Assembly (NCBI RefSeq): GCF_009914755.1
Contig: NC_060947.1
Length of the DNA: 64,000 nt
Strand: one strand, 5' to 3'
Origin: the human T2T-CHM13v2.0 reference genome, Homo sapiens
The notes below the pieces were generated by a model, which ran no database searches, had not been told where the DNA came from, and saw only the letters and a program-made list of their open reading frames with translations. The position numbers and the translations under genes are program-made. Shown here in pieces: positions 63,904 to 64,000 of the stretch; the first letter of the stretch is position 1; each line of letters starts with the position of its first letter.

Positions 63904-64000
63904 ATTTTGATGAAGTCCAATTTATCTTTTTGTTTTCTTTAGTTGCTTATGCTTTTGGTGTCAAATCTAAGAACCTACTGCCAAATCCGATGAAGATTTA
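63904..64000 (-). mobile_element. L1M fragment, running off the window
   Basis: TTTTGATGAAGTCCAATTTATC...GCTTTTGGTGTCAAATCTAAGAA. Confidence 0.75.

Overview
Primate (human-like) nuclear DNA, apparently intergenic or intronic, and dense in repeats. I count 37 Alu/FLAM copies, many old ERVL-MaLR/ERVL solo LTRs (MLT1, MLT2, MST, THE1, LTR16-like), MER41A and MER34 LTRs, L1, L2 and MIR fragments, and the DNA-transposon relics MER5A, MER53 and MER82. No protein-coding gene is supported; the ORF track is mostly Alu-derived or chance frames. Repeat family names come from remembered consensus sequences, and boundaries of old elements are approximate. The most notable structures are: (1) a perfect 175-bp inverted duplication pasted into an MST LTR; (2) a chimeric Alu carrying 158 bp copied from the flank of a neighbouring Alu, all inside one TSD; (3) a decayed Gypsy/Ty3-type integrase fossil at about 60.8-61.6 kb with a partial second copy about 2.5 kb downstream; (4) a U13 snoRNA retropseudogene; (5) a GC-rich promoter-like segment near 20.2-21.0 kb and several plus-strand exon-like segments that may belong to a spliced lncRNA. 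I found no convincing evidence of a new multi-gene system.
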